From NCBI GenBank assembly GCA_034189385.1, contig JAXHVD010000015.1:32001-96000 (forward strand): 64,000 nucleotides of DNA. The letters are read 5' to 3'. This stretch comes from Thermodesulfobacteriota bacterium (GTDB lineage: Bacteria; Desulfobacterota; Desulfobacteria; Desulfobacterales; C00003060). A model generated the notes under the pieces. That model had not been told where the DNA came from. It saw nothing but the letters and a program-made list of their open reading frames with translations, and did no database searches. Shown one piece after another: positions 43,371 through 55,230 of this stretch; positions within the stretch are counted from its first letter, which is position 1, and each line of letters begins with the position of its first letter. Position numbers and translations under genes: made by a program.

Positions 43371-44258
43371 CTACCCTTTCAAGTCATGGGCAATGCCATG
43401 GCATTGGCCGCATTTTGGGTATTTCTCCAATATGGACTTTGCATGCGGAGCCGGATGACACTCGACGCATTTTAGTATGGCCTTATGCTTGTCTGGGTGG
43501 CACTGTGTGCACGCAACCTCGTGATGCTTGAGTTTACTCTTGTCAAGCAGATCAACGGCCTCCTCATGACAGGCCCCGCAGTAATGCCTAGGTGTCTCCT
43601 GGGCATAGGTAATCACCGTGGGCATGTGGACCGGATGGCAGGAGAGGCAAGTCTGAAAATCCATGTCCTCTGTATGCTTTTCGTGGCAATCCATGCAGTC
43701 TGGAATAAGCTTATGGGCGGAGTGACATTCGTTGCAGGCCACGTCCGTGTGGGCACTTGGATATTTCGCCACCTCGTCGCCTTGTTGCTGATGACAGGTA
43801 AGGCATGGGCCACTAATGGCGCCGTCTAACTTCAGATCAAGGGGAGCATGGGTATCAACATGACAACTCCCGCAATTGGCCAATTCATAATGGGGTGCCC
43901 CGCTGTGGCACATACTGCACTCTGGGATGGCTCCCGTGCCTTCAGGAGGGTGCTCCGTATGACAGTCTTGACAGCCCACCTCTGTCTTGTGTTTGGCGCC
44001 TCTTTCCGCTATGGTTTTTGGCTGCACCGGGTGGCACACCGTGCAGTGGGCATTCGTCACCTCCGCTATAGGCACCTTCACCTTAACCTTGGTCTCTTGG
44101 GCAGGTGCGGCCGAGGGCCGAAGGCCTGTCCTTTGTTCACAACCAAAAGCGCAAATCAAAGCGATCACCCCAGCAACACAAACGACAACACCCACTGATC
44201 CCGTTGCCGCCCGACCACCCCATGATGCGACTCCTCTTTTTCTCTGCAATAGACCCAT
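43371..44258 (-). CDS. Dodecaheme c-type cytochrome, possible lipoprotein
   Basis: 12 CxxCH motifs; hydrophobic leader ending AFG-C; GGAGGAGG RBS before ATG 44258. Confidence 0.92.
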   Translation of the reverse strand: MGLLQRKRGVASWGGRAATGSVGVVVCVAGVIALICAFGCEQRTGLRPSAAPAQETKVKVKVPIAEVTNAHCTVCHPVQPKTIAERGAKHKTEVGCQDCHTEHPPEGTGAIPECSMCHSGAPHYELANCGSCHVDTHAPLDLKLDGAISGPCLTCHQQQGDEVAKYPSAHTDVACNECHSAHKLIPDCMDCHEKHTEDMDFQTCLSCHPVHMPTVITYAQETPRHYCGACHEEAVDLLDKSKLKHHEVACTQCHPDKHKAILKCVECHPAPHAKSILEKYPKCGQCHGIAHDLKG

Positions 44259-44635
44259 CGCTTCCCTCCTCCGCACTGAAAACCTTACTCCCAAAGCCCC
44301 TCATCGGCCGCGGGAAGAAATCAAAAAATCCTTCCTGGCAGGGCACGAATTCTCGCAGGAGAATTCGTGTTCCGCTTATCATTAGAACAAGTTAGTGTCA
44401 AGCTGTTTTTAACGGTCCTCAGGGCACCTTAAGCGCCCACAAGGGCCTCACACCCTCAATCATTTAAGGAAGTTTTCCATCTTCTGGCTTGGTGAAGACG
44501 GCTTATCACGGCCTTGCCCTACTGACCCATTCAGTTGACCTAAGACCAACAGAGGTGCCATGGCAGGAAGCCTACACACCGCTGCCGAGCAAAGAAAGAA
44601 GGAGCCAGGCATCAAGCCTAACTCCTTGATTTCAA

Positions 44636-44713
44636 TGGCGGGAGCGACGAGACTCGAACTCGCGACCTCCGGCGTGACAGGCCGGCGTTCTAACCAAACT
44701 GAACTACGCCCCC
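44636..44713 (-). tRNA. tRNA-Asp(GTC)
   Basis: Cloverleaf, anticodon loop CTGTCAC, TTCGA T-loop and encoded CCA. Confidence 0.97.
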
Positions 44714-45263
44714 GAAAAAGGTGTCACCAGCGCGGTAACTGACAGCTCCAAGGCGGGACAGGGCTTGAGCCTGCCCTGTCAAAGGCAACTCTTGTCCATC
44801 TGGGATTGTGCTGACGCCCCGCACTACTGCGCAACGCCTGTTTCCCTTGACCTTGCAGGTCCAGTAATCACGGACTGAACTGGAAATGCGCAACAGCCCG
44901 GCAGACCAACATATAGCACTGAAATTCCAAAAGGTTAAGCTCTCTCCCACCTTTTAAAGCCCATGTTATGATGCTTTATTGTGGATTGCAAGGGGAAAAT
45001 GCACTCCCATGACCACCGGACAGACAAGCCTTAACAAAGGCCTCTCGTGCCGTCATGGACCTCCCTGCCAATGCCCTCTCGCCTGTGATCCATGGTCTTG
45101 AACCGAATAAGCGAGCGCATTCTCCACAGGAGAGCTACCGCAGCCCCCGCAGGTTCTGCCTGACGGCAGTGCTAGCGCGGCGCAGGCGGCGGGGTTAGCG
45201 AGGGTATAGTTAAAATGACATCATCCTTACGGTGCTGCGGAGCTCTCGCGTCAGGGAGAACAT

Positions 45264-45285
45264 TCCCCGTGGCTTGCCGCGGGGA
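45264..45285. repeat. REP-like palindrome
   Basis: TCCCCGTGGC-TT-GCCGCGGGGA; related copies at 45675-45699 and 45777-45796. Confidence 0.6.
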
Positions 45286-45704
45286 GGGTTCAATTCTCAA
45301 GCGCAACAAGGCCTTTAACGTTTGGGTCGGTGTTGTGAGAAAATGCGAAAGGCTTCATGGGCTCATTTTTCTTACAAGTTTCTCCTGGCTTATTCGTAGT
45401 AACCCCATTTCCTTAAAGGGCGCCTCCTGTTCGAGGTATCACTGTGCTCTTTGCCTTACGTCTTCAATGTCAAGAATCTCTTCAACTCTTTTGTTCCTGC
45501 AACAGGCCCACCTGGCAACCATCCAATCGTCTTGTTGATGTTGATTACAACCGCGTGGTGAGCTCTGTATTGGAAATTGCTCAGGGATCGATGAGACCTG
45601 TCGATGGGCCCTTGGGCCAGAAAGGACGTTGACGCAGGTTGGAAAGGACCTCAGTAACAAGCCCACTAATAAACTACCCCGCCGCAAGCAGCGGGGTATC
45701 ATAT

Positions 45705-45769
45705 GTCATGCCGGACTTTGATCCGGCATCCAGTCTGGTTTTCTGGATTCCGGCGTGGGCCGGAATGAC
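45705..45769. repeat. Palindromic repeat element (GTCATGCCGG...CCGGAATGAC type)
   Basis: Terminal inverted repeats with nested hairpins (ATCCAG..CTGGAT). Confidence 0.65.
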
Positions 45770-45958
45770 GGACACGCGGCAAGCCGCGGGGAATGAACCC
45801 CGAGAGATTCAATGAAAGGGGCTGAATAGATGCCACCGATCAGGAAAAGACCGGGACGCGGGACCCTGGATTTTGGCGAAACCATTCGTCTAGGTGGGAT
45901 ATGCGGTGGGATAAAAAATGGGGCACAGCCCCGAAGGTCTGTAACTCCTTGATTTATT

Positions 45959-46034
45959 TGGTAGGCGGAACAGGGCTTGAACCTGTGACCCCCGGCTTGT
46001 AAGGCCGATGCTCTCCCAACTGAGCTACCCGCCC
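45959..46034 (-). tRNA. tRNA-Val(TAC)
   Basis: Cloverleaf, anticodon loop CTTACAA and encoded CCA. Confidence 0.97.
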
Positions 46035-46117
46035 CCACAACCGCTACTTTCAAAAGAGTGTCGCAATTTCCGAATAACGAACAACCATTTTGGTGTCAAG
46101 CAAAATGTCCGTCCCTA

Positions 46118-48565
46118 TCAGTTTATCCGCATGGGATCCAATGGTTGCTCCTGTTTGGCAATCAACTCAGGAGGAACCATTTTTTCCTCTTCTTGAAACA
46201 GACTTTCACCTGGACCAGTGATGATGGCCTTAGTCAGAACTTCATCCATGTGAGCTGCCGTTATTATCTCAAATTGTTTCAGGATCTTCACGGGAATGTC
46301 TTTTAGATCCTTTTTGTTTTCCTCAGGAATAATGATCTGAGACATACCTCCACGGTGAGCGGCCAGGATCTTCTCCTTTAGCCCCCCGATAGGCAGTATC
46401 CGGCCACGCAAGGTAATCTCTCCTGTCATGGCCAACCCCCGGTGGACTGGCTTCTTGATTAAGGCAGAGACAATCGCTGTGGCCATGGTGATGCCAGCAG
46501 AGGGCCCATCCTTTGGTGTGGCCCCCTCAGGCACGTGGACATGGATATCAACCTTTCTGTAGAAATGCACATCCAACCCCAGCCTGGCTGCCCTCGATCG
46601 GACATAGCTCAGCGCGGCTTGGGCAGACTCCTGCATGACCTCTCCCAGTTTTCCTGTAACGGTGAGTTTTCCCTTCCCGGACATGATGACCGTCTCAATG
46701 GCCAAGAGCTCTCCGCCCACCTGTGTCCAGGCCATTCCCGTTGCCAGGCCGATCTCGTCCTTCTCCTCTACCTGTCCATACCTGAACCTCGGGACTCCGA
46801 GGTATTTCTGGATGGATTGCCCCGTTACCTTGACAAAGTCCCTTCCGTCCTCTTTTGTGATCTCTCGTGCCACCTTCCTGCAGATAGAAGCAATCTCCCG
46901 TTCCAGATTCCGCACGCCGGCCTCACGGGTGTATCGACGGATAATCGTCTCAAGGGCTTGGTTGGTAAACTTGATGGCCTTGTCGGACAACCCGTTCATC
47001 TCAGTCTGCTTGGGGACCAGAAAACCCAGGGCAATCTGCAATTTTTCGTACTCCGTGTAACCGGGCAACTGTATGATCTCCATGCGGTCCTGCAACGGGG
47101 GCGGGACCCCATGGAGGTTGTTGGCCGTGGTGATGAAGAGAATCTCAGAAAGGTCATAATCCACATCAAGATAATGGTCATTGAAGGAATAGTTCTGTTC
47201 AGGGTCCAGGACCTCCAGCAAGGCGGCTGAGGGGTCCCCTCGAAAGTCCATACTCATCTTATCTACTTCATCGAGACAAAAGACCGGATTCTGGACCTTT
47301 GCTTTTTTAAGGGATTGAACGACCTTCCCTGGCATGGCCCCGATATAGGTGCGTCGATGCCCTCGAATTTCCGCCTCGTCTCGAACGCCGCCCAAAGACA
47401 AGCGGATGAACTCGCGTCCCGTGGCTCTGGCCACGGACTTGGCCAAGGAGGTCTTGCCCACCCCAGGTGGGCCCACCAAGCACAGGATGGGCCCCCGTAT
47501 TTTTTTGACTAGTTTCTGCACGGCCAAATATTCCAAAATCCGTTCCTTGGGTTTTTCCAGACCATAATGGTCCTCTTCCAAGATGGCCTCAGCCTGATCG
47601 ATATCCATCCGGAGCTTCGTGCGCTTAAACCACGGAAGCCCAATGAGCCATTCTATGTAATTTCGAACCACGGTCCCCTCTGCGGACATAGGGGCCATGA
47701 GTTTGAGCTTCTTGAACTCCTGCCTGACCTTGGATGCCGCTTCCTTGGACATCCGTTTGCGCTTGATACGGCTCTCCAGTTCATCAAGGTCGCTCTTGTG
47801 ATCATCCTTGGCCCCCATCTCCTTCTGGATGGCCCGCATCTGTTCATTGAGGTAATAATCTCGCTGGGTCTTTTCCATCTGCTTCTTGACCCGGCCCTTG
47901 ATCCGTTGTTCCATCTTGTAGATCTCGATCTCCTCTTCCATGAGGCGAAAGAGCAGAGACATCCGTTCAACGGGCGAGACTGTCTCCAAGAGTTGCTGCT
48001 TGTCCTGAAGCTTGAAGCTAAAATGGGCAGACACGGTATCGGCTAGTTGCGACATGTCCTTGATGGCCGAGACATTGCTAATGATGTCCTTTGAGATGTT
48101 CTTATTGATCTTGGCATACTCTTCAAAGGCCTCCACTACGGTACGGGTGATGGCCTTCTTCTCAACGACGCGCGTCTCGGGCTCGACAAGGGGTTCAATC
48201 TCGGCCACAAAATACTTCTCTTTGGGAATAAAATGGGCCATACGCGCCCGGCGCTTCCCTTCCACCAGCGCCTTAACTGTTCCGTCTGGCAGGCGAAGCA
48301 GCTGCAAAACCGTGCCAATCGTCCCAACGGTATATACGTCATCTTCCCCTGGTGTATCTACGGCAGCATTCTTCTGGGTGGCCAGGAAGACCTGCTTGTC
48401 CAGGTTCATGGCACTGGACAAGGCGTTTACGGATTTTCCTCGACCAACAAAGAGAGGGACCACCATGTGAGGAAAGATAACCACATCCCTCAAGGGGAGA
48501 AACGGCAGGGTAATTCTTTCTTTTGGGTCATACATGGTCTTTTTCCTATTTAGTATGTTGAACAT
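46118..48565 (-). CDS. lon: ATP-dependent protease La
   Basis: [26 protein letters not shown] and IGGLKEK; alternative start at 48535. Confidence 0.97.
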   Translation of the reverse strand: MFNILNRKKTMYDPKERITLPFLPLRDVVIFPHMVVPLFVGRGKSVNALSSAMNLDKQVFLATQKNAAVDTPGEDDVYTVGTIGTVLQLLRLPDGTVKALVEGKRRARMAHFIPKEKYFVAEIEPLVEPETRVVEKKAITRTVVEAFEEYAKINKNISKDIISNVSAIKDMSQLADTVSAHFSFKLQDKQQLLETVSPVERMSLLFRLMEEEIEIYKMEQRIKGRVKKQMEKTQRDYYLNEQMRAIQKEMGAKDDHKSDLDELESRIKRKRMSKEAASKVRQEFKKLKLMAPMSAEGTVVRNYIEWLIGLPWFKRTKLRMDIDQAEAILEEDHYGLEKPKERILEYLAVQKLVKKIRGPILCLVGPPGVGKTSLAKSVARATGREFIRLSLGGVRDEAEIRGHRRTYIGAMPGKVVQSLKKAKVQNPVFCLDEVDKMSMDFRGDPSAALLEVLDPEQNYSFNDHYLDVDYDLSEILFITTANNLHGVPPPLQDRMEIIQLPGYTEYEKLQIALGFLVPKQTEMNGLSDKAIKFTNQALETIIRRYTREAGVRNLEREIASICRKVAREITKEDGRDFVKVTGQSIQKYLGVPRFRYGQVEEKDEIGLATGMAWTQVGGELLAIETVIMSGKGKLTVTGKLGEVMQESAQAALSYVRSRAARLGLDVHFYRKVDIHVHVPEGATPKDGPSAGITMATAIVSALIKKPVHRGLAMTGEITLRGRILPIGGLKEKILAAHRGGMSQIIIPEENKKDLKDIPVKILKQFEIITAAHMDEVLTKAIITGPGESLFQEEEKMVPPELIAKQEQPLDPMRIN

Positions 48566-48890
48566 TACTTTCTTCCAAACAGACACGTGAACACCGAACA
48601 ATAGAGGACTTTACGCCCAGAACCCTGACCAGCGCCTCTGTTACATCAAAGGGGCGGCAACGGAAAGACAACCGCCTGTGGGGCTATTGTTGCCACGCTC
48701 CGAACCTAACACCCTCTTTGTCTTCCCCTGATCTGCCGATGATGGTCCCAACAGACGTCGAATACCCCTGACGCCCCCCATGGAAAGGAAGAGCCGGTTC
48801 TTTGGAGCTCGACGTTGGAGTATATGACAACTGTACAAGGACGAACGGCCCTGTGTTCAGGCAGGGGGTTGATGAAGACAGAAAAACGCA

Positions 48891-50153
48891 TTACTGGGAA
48901 AGTGCCCGCTCCTGGGACTGCTCCAACAGAAGAATGGGCTGCTCATTGTGAAGAATAACGTCCTCGTTTATCACACACTCCTTTACCCCGCTCATGGAAG
49001 GGATATCATACATGATGTCGAGCATAGTAGACTCCATGATGGCCCTAAGCCCCCTTGCGCCAGACTTGCGCTCCAGGGATCGCTTGGCAATCGCCTGTAA
49101 ACCACTATCGGTGAAACGAAGCGTCACATTTTCGAATTCTAGGAGCTTTTGGAACTGCTTCACCAAGGCATTCTTCGGTTCCGTGAGTATCTTGACAAGG
49201 GCGGCTTCATCTAGTTCGCCCAACGTACCGATCACCGGCAGTCTGCCTACAAACTCGGGAATCAAGCCGAATTTCAAGAGATCTTCGGGCTGAACCAGCT
49301 TGAGTGTCTCTCCAACATTCCGTTCCTTTGCACTCTGGATTTCCGCACCAAAACCCATTACCTTGTTTCCCAACCTGCTTTGTATCATCTCATCAAGGCC
49401 GTTAAAGGTGCCTCCACATATAAACAGGATGTTAGAGGTGTCGACCTTGACAAAATCCTGTTGGGGATGTTTTCGCCCCCCCTTGGGTGGGACACTTGCA
49501 GTGGTGCCTTCTATAATCTTGAGAAGGGCCTGCTGCACCCCTTCGCCGGACACATCCCGCGTAATAGAAGGGTTGTCTGCTCTGCGGGCGATTTTATCAA
49601 TCTCGTCAATATAGACGATGCCCCTGGACGTCCTTTCCAGATCATAGTCGGCATTCTGAAGTAGAGACAGGATGATGTTTTCAACGTCCTCACCCACATA
49701 ACCTGCCTCGGTCAAAGACGTGGCATCTGCAATGGTAAAGGGGACATTCAGAAATCTGGCCAAGGTCTGTGCCAAGAGGGTCTTCCCGCAACCCGTGGGC
49801 CCGATCAAAAGCACATTGCTTTTTTGCAGTTCCACATCACCGCTGTTGTCAGGAGCCTCGAGGCGCTTGTAGTGGTTGTAAACAGCCACAGAGAGGATCT
49901 TTTTTGCGTGTTCCTGCTCGATCACATATTGGTCTAAACTCGTCTTGATTGCAGAAGGTGTGGGAAACTCCCCCTTCTGACGGGTCTCAATCTCCTTCTC
50001 ATACTCCTCTTCAATGATCTCATTACACAGTTCAATACACTCATCACAAATGTAGACGGCCGGCCCGGCAATGAGCTTCTTGACTTCTTCCTGACTTTTG
50101 CCGCAAAACGAACACCTCAAACCATCACCGTCCACACCCCTTCGTTTGGCCAT
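48891..50153 (-). CDS. clpX: ClpX ATPase
   Basis: CSFCGK..ICDEC zinc finger, GPTGCGKT and GYVGEDVE. Confidence 0.98.
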   Translation of the reverse strand: MAKRRGVDGDGLRCSFCGKSQEEVKKLIAGPAVYICDECIELCNEIIEEEYEKEIETRQKGEFPTPSAIKTSLDQYVIEQEHAKKILSVAVYNHYKRLEAPDNSGDVELQKSNVLLIGPTGCGKTLLAQTLARFLNVPFTIADATSLTEAGYVGEDVENIILSLLQNADYDLERTSRGIVYIDEIDKIARRADNPSITRDVSGEGVQQALLKIIEGTTASVPPKGGRKHPQQDFVKVDTSNILFICGGTFNGLDEMIQSRLGNKVMGFGAEIQSAKERNVGETLKLVQPEDLLKFGLIPEFVGRLPVIGTLGELDEAALVKILTEPKNALVKQFQKLLEFENVTLRFTDSGLQAIAKRSLERKSGARGLRAIMESTMLDIMYDIPSMSGVKECVINEDVILHNEQPILLLEQSQERALSQ

Positions 50154-50390
50154 GGGCTCCTCCCCATATATTTTCTATAATAACAATGAGTTTCCTTCTT
50201 TCGGGGATTTGCAGCTTCTGTCGGCCCCCTTCCCAGAGGAACTCAGGCGATGCAAAAAGCCGCCCCCCCTTAAAAGGGCCTCATGCCTTTCATTATAATA
50301 ACACTTAGGCAAAAGGGCAACGCAAAAACCGAACCTTTTTCCACCCCAACGGGTCCATGGGGATGGCTGAATCAAGGCAACCGCTCGGAA

Positions 50391-50999
50391 TCACTTGTCC
50401 TTGTCCGCCGCCTTCACTTCCCTCTGCGCAATGACCTGATCCACAATGCCGTACTCTTTGGCCTCTTGTCCGCTCATAAAGAAGTCCCGATCCGAGTCGC
50501 TCCGGATCCTTTCAATGTCTTGATGGGTGTGGAAGGCAAGGAGTTCATTCAAAGATTCACGCATCCGCAGGATCTCCTTTGCCTGGATCGCCACGTCTGA
50601 CGCCTGCCCCTGAAACGATCCCATGGGTTGATGGATAAGGATCCTGGCATTGGGCAGTGCGTAGCGCTTCCCCTCAGTGCCGGCCGCCAGGAGTACTGCG
50701 CCCATACTGGCTGCTTGGCCCATACACAAGGTACATATATCAGGCTTGATGTAGCGCATCGTGTCATAGATAGCCAAGCCTGCCGTCACCATGCCTCCAG
50801 GTGAATTGATATAGAAATTAATGTCCTTGTCCGGGTCTTCCGATTCCAAAAAAAGCAGCTGGGCGATCAGAAGATTGGCAAGTTCATCGTTTACGTGTGT
50901 TCCCAGAAAAATGATCCGGTCTTTTAAGAGCCTCGAGTAAATGTCATAGGCTCTTTCCCCTCGACTGCTTTGTTCAATTACCATTGGGATTAGCGGCAT
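50391..50999 (-). CDS. clpP: ClpP protease
   Basis: [24 protein letters not shown] and IHQP. Confidence 0.98.
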   Translation of the reverse strand: MPLIPMVIEQSSRGERAYDIYSRLLKDRIIFLGTHVNDELANLLIAQLLFLESEDPDKDINFYINSPGGMVTAGLAIYDTMRYIKPDICTLCMGQAASMGAVLLAAGTEGKRYALPNARILIHQPMGSFQGQASDVAIQAKEILRMRESLNELLAFHTHQDIERIRSDSDRDFFMSGQEAKEYGIVDQVIAQREVKAADKDK

Positions 51000-51034
51000 T
51001 ACGATCTTCTCCTTACGTGTCCTTAATGTTGGGT

Positions 51035-52378
51035 CTATGCTGTCTCCCTGTCCTCTGGCGGCTCCTTTTCCACGGTATCCCCTTGGGCCTCCACTTTCTC
51101 AATATCACTCTTTGCCGTAATGTGCCTCACGGCTTCTTTTTCAAGGATCTTTTGCTCAAAAACCTTGTAAGAATCCCTGTAACTGCCATGGAATTGCTTG
51201 ATGGTGTCAATTGGCTGCCCCATGGCCTCGGACAAATCTGCATAGCCCTTATCCACGAGTTCGTCTGTCACGGCGATCTCTTCCTGCTCAATCACTTTTT
51301 GCAGCAGCAGGTATTCTCGGACCTTTCTTTCGGCAACCGGCCGAAACTTCTCAGAAAGCCCCTCTGGAGTCTGGCCCGATTCCTCTAACGACATGCCTCT
51401 CTGGGCCATGGCGTTCTGGGCATCCACGACCAGGGCCGAGAGTTCCTCCTCCACCAGCCCCTCAGGCAACTCAAAATCAGATTGCGCCACCAGCGTATCA
51501 ACGACGTCCTCACGAAGTTCCCTCTCAGACTGGATCTCGTACCTCCGTTCCAGTCCCTTCTTGATCGTCTCCTTTAGCGCCTCCAGGGTCTCGTACTGTC
51601 CGAGCCTTTTGGCAAAGGTGTCATCCATTTCAGGCAAAATCTCTTCTTTGATCTCCTTTAAGCAAACTTCAAAGCGGACCTCCAGGCCGGCCAGGTCCTT
51701 GTTGTAATAGTCCTCTGGAAAAGAGATGTCGAACTCTGTCGTGCTGTTTGGCTCCATTCCCACGAGATTCTTGTCAAAATCTTCTAATATGCGCCCTGAT
51801 CCGACCTCCACCTGAAAATTTTCTGTCTTGCCGGCTGCTTCAAAGGGCTTGCCGTCCCTAAACCCCTCATAGTCTATGATGACAATATCTCCATCGCGAA
51901 CGGCCCTGTTCTCCTTAACGGTTTTCAACTCAGCGTTTTGTTTCTGGAGCATCTTCAGTTGGGTCTCAATCTCTTCGTCCGTGACCGTGTGAACCATCTG
52001 CTTGAACTTCAAACCATCCAGATTCAAATCCTCTATGACGGGGCACACCTCCACGGTCACTGAATAGTGATAGGGATGTCCCTTTTCGAGATCCTGTGGG
52101 TCAATAGCGGGTTCTCCAAGGGGCACCAACTCGGTTTCACGCAACGCCTCACCATAGGAACTCTGGATCAGTTGTCCAGCGACGTCGGCATGTACTTCAT
52201 TGGCGAACCGTCGCTCCAAAATCGCACGGGGCACTTTTCCCGGCCGAAAGCCTTTGATTCTTGCCTGATTCTTCAGCGTCCCATAGGCCTTCTCCACTTC
52301 CCTGGTCACATCCTCTTCAGGAATCTCCACGTGGAGGATTTTCTTCACTGGGCTTATGTCTTCAACATGAACTTTCAT
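51035..52378 (-). CDS. tig: Trigger factor
   Basis: GFRPGKVP ribosome-binding motif and FKBP domain; tig-clpP-clpX-lon synteny. Confidence 0.96.
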   Translation of the reverse strand: MKVHVEDISPVKKILHVEIPEEDVTREVEKAYGTLKNQARIKGFRPGKVPRAILERRFANEVHADVAGQLIQSSYGEALRETELVPLGEPAIDPQDLEKGHPYHYSVTVEVCPVIEDLNLDGLKFKQMVHTVTDEEIETQLKMLQKQNAELKTVKENRAVRDGDIVIIDYEGFRDGKPFEAAGKTENFQVEVGSGRILEDFDKNLVGMEPNSTTEFDISFPEDYYNKDLAGLEVRFEVCLKEIKEEILPEMDDTFAKRLGQYETLEALKETIKKGLERRYEIQSERELREDVVDTLVAQSDFELPEGLVEEELSALVVDAQNAMAQRGMSLEESGQTPEGLSEKFRPVAERKVREYLLLQKVIEQEEIAVTDELVDKGYADLSEAMGQPIDTIKQFHGSYRDSYKVFEQKILEKEAVRHITAKSDIEKVEAQGDTVEKEPPEDRETA

Positions 52379-52404
52379 CAAATTCCTTTCCATTTCCATC
52401 CACT

Positions 52405-52490
52405 TGGTGCGAGAGGCGGGATTTGAACCCGCAAGGCACGAAGCCGCTGGATCCTAAGTCCAGTGCGTTTGCCAATTTCGCCACTCTCGC
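52405..52490 (-). tRNA. tRNA-Leu(TAG)
   Basis: Cloverleaf with long variable arm, anticodon loop CTTAGGA and CCA. Confidence 0.96.
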
Positions 52491-52830
52491 CCAAAGAGAA
52501 TTGATTTTTCCCGCAAGAAGTACTATTCCCCACGGTGATCAGTCACGACTGACTCTGTGGCCAGAGGGGACTGGTATGCGATCTTGATTTAGAGATGACC
52601 GTTTTCTCGTAAGGTCAAAAAAACAAGGGGTTTTGCAGCGATTTGCCTTGTGTGGCGGAGCAAGGAGCCCTTGATGGATGAAATCAGGTAACTTCTTGCC
52701 AACACAAGAGATCGACTCATTTAGAAAATGTCTCTCTAAACTCTGGAAAATAGAACAAAAATCAGCTTCTGTCAAGGGGAATTCAGCCAGAGGCCCTGCT
52801 CGGAAGGCTGCCCGACCATCTATTGGGCCA

Positions 52831-53574
52831 ATGATGTCACACAAAAAATATGCCCTCCTTTTCATCTTCGTCATGTCCGTCTCCTTCACGGGCATGGCAC
52901 GGGCCCAGGACCCATCTTCTCTACCAGGCCTCGTCGGCCGCAAGGTCATTGTCCTGGACCCAGGACATGGCGGCCATGACCATGGTGCTGTGGGGCCATC
53001 GGGTCTGGCCGAGAAGACGGTGGCCCTGAACCTGGCCATGAAAATAAAAGAGACGCTGGGGAAAGACTATACCGTTCACTTGACCCGGAACGGGGACTAT
53101 TGGCTCAACATTGAAAACCGCACGGCCATGGCAAATCACCACCGGGCAGATCTCTTTTTAAGCCTCCACACAGGGGGAAGTTCCCATCACCAGGCCCGAG
53201 GCATGGCCCTCTATTATTTCGGCCTTGGCCAAGGATTGGCCTCACAGGAAAGAGGGCCTGTGGCAGAAACTGGAGAAAGACTCCTCTCCTGGGATCATGT
53301 CCAAGGGATCCATGCAACCAAGAGCAAGCTCCTGGCAAATCTTGTTCATGGCCACCTTCTTGCACGATTGAACCCTATGGACAGGGGCATTCATGAAGCC
53401 CCCTGCCTGGTTCTCAGGGGGGCAGACATGCCCGCCATTTTGATGGAAGCAGGCTACGTAAGCCATCCTGAGGAAGAAAAGGAACTCAACGATCCTGAAA
53501 TCATCGCCGCCGTTGCCGAAGCCATTGGTCAAGGGATCAGGGCGTTCTTTAGAAACCAATCGTTGCATCCATGA
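52831..53574 (+). CDS. N-acetylmuramoyl-L-alanine amidase (Amidase_3)
   Basis: Signal peptide; LDPGHGG, EK, LSLH and PAILMEAGY. Confidence 0.92.
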   Translation: MMSHKKYALLFIFVMSVSFTGMARAQDPSSLPGLVGRKVIVLDPGHGGHDHGAVGPSGLAEKTVALNLAMKIKETLGKDYTVHLTRNGDYWLNIENRTAMANHHRADLFLSLHTGGSSHHQARGMALYYFGLGQGLASQERGPVAETGERLLSWDHVQGIHATKSKLLANLVHGHLLARLNPMDRGIHEAPCLVLRGADMPAILMEAGYVSHPEEEKELNDPEIIAAVAEAIGQGIRAFFRNQSLHP

Positions 53575-53603
53575 AAAAGGCATGATAGGAGAAGAGGCTG
53601 AGA

Positions 53604-53682
<79 letters not shown>

Positions 53683-53706
53683 TAGACATTCTCTTCCTTC
53701 TGAGAA

Positions 53707-53778
53707 GATTGCCGTTGGTATCACCAACAACCTTTCTCGCCGCCTTCAAGAGCATCGATCAGGCAAAACAAAAAGCAG
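53707..53778 (+). pseudogene. GIY-YIG nuclease fragment
   Basis: [18 protein letters not shown] matches the YIG..R...H core; N- and C-termini are missing. Confidence 0.6.
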
Positions 53779-54147
53779 CCACCGTGTGAGAGATCCATAT
53801 CGTCTGTGCCTGTCTGTGTGCGTCTGTGGCAAAACATTCCTCGTAGTTTTTGAGCCCAAGATAGGCCGTTCTACGATTTGTTACCCGTGAGAATCCTTGA
53901 CAAAAATGCTCCGTAGTGGTAGGGTCCCTGGCGACTTACGTTGTAGCCCATTGACCCTAACCAAGAGGGTGCCATGAAGTGATTGTTAAGACCCTGTTTC
54001 TCCTAAAGAGAGGCGGGGTTTTGTGCTTCCAGAGATCTGTAATGTGCTCGGCTAACGACAGGTTTGAGTTTATAAAGAAAGGGTTTGAGAAGTTGAGACA
54101 CTGTTTTGGCACCTGAAGCAGTATCGGTTCTGCCGAGGGGCAGGTTC

Positions 54148-54535
54148 ATGACAGGTAAGCATGACATAGTTCCGGTTCAGCAGGTTAAAAGGACTATTTT
54201 GCTGGTGCGAGGTCAAAGGGTGATACTGGACGCCGACCTTGCGAAGCTCTATGGGGTCCAGAATAAGGTTTTCGCGAACGCTTCCGTATGCTTTCGGGGA
54301 ACATGGGGCCATCATGGCTGCCAGCGTCCTCAATACGCCAAGGGGCATAGAGGCCAGTATCCTCGTGGTGCGGGCGTTCGTGAAGCTTCGAGAACTGCTG
54401 GCAACCCATAAGCAACTGGCACGGAAGTTCCGGGAACTGGAGAAGCATATCAAAGATCATGATGGGAAGATTGAGGTCATTTTTAAGGCAATTCGCCAAC
54501 TCATGGCACCGCCTGAGAAGCCCAAGAGGATTCAC
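54148..54535 (+). pseudogene. ORF6N-domain protein pseudogene
   Basis: RGQRVILDADLAKLYGV in one frame joins directly to PYAFGEHGAIMAASVLN..VVRAFVKLR in another frame. Confidence 0.8.
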
Positions 54536-54878
54536 GCCGTTAAACGTCGGTTTCCCGCATGTTCTTCAAGAGCCATATGGCGCAGAGCCGGAGCCGCATG
54601 TTAGCACTCAATTCTCCTGCCCTGTGTTTAACTGGGGAGATAGGTTTTGAGGTCAAGGAAAAGCGTGCGGTCTAAGGTAAGCGCAAGAAAGGGAAGAACT
54701 GAGGCCCGGTGAACCGGAGCACGGGTGTGGATATCTGAATGATGAGACAAGTCATGGTTCGAATTCAACCTATGATCAGATAACGGGGCAGATCGTTAAC
54801 ATGATCGGCAAACCGAATAATTAATATTTAAGATCTGACCCTGGGCTCTGGGCTTTCTCCGTTAAGTGCTAAAAATTA

Positions 54879-55097
54879 ATGAGCCTTAAATTCAAGGAAA
54901 AATTTATTCGCTTTGGGCTTGTTGTAGTTGCTTTAATTGTGATCGGGACAGGTCTGATCCCATTACTATTTCAAGGTGATCTTTTTTATTCGAATTGGTG
55001 GGGAGGGCTTGTGTTTGCGCCAGTGGCTGTACTGGCAGGACTGTTCTTTTTGTATTTGGTTCTATTCAAATTCGGAAAAATAAACAAATTGAAATAG
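54879..55097 (+). CDS. Small two-TM hypothetical protein carried on a gene cassette
   Basis: 72-aa AT-rich ORF between core site GTTAAGT (54861) and an attC. Confidence 0.7.
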   Translation: MSLKFKEKFIRFGLVVVALIVIGTGLIPLLFQGDLFYSNWWGGLVFAPVAVLAGLFFLYLVLFKFGKINKLK

Positions 55098-55155
55098 ACT
55101 CAATTGCGATGATTCAATCCTAAAATTGAGTCTCCTTCTATTAAACTAAGGCCGC

Positions 55156-55217
55156 ACTTAACATAGCGCTGGAGATGACGCGCAAAAACCGCGCGCGTCT
55201 CAGCTCAACCGTTATAT
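55156..55217 (+). mobile_element. Integron attC recombination site
   Basis: R'' ACTTAAC, L'' GCTGGAG pairing with L' CTCAGC with one extrahelical G, R' GTTATAT; 62 bp. Confidence 0.8.
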
Positions 55218-55230
55218 GCGAAATGGGACT

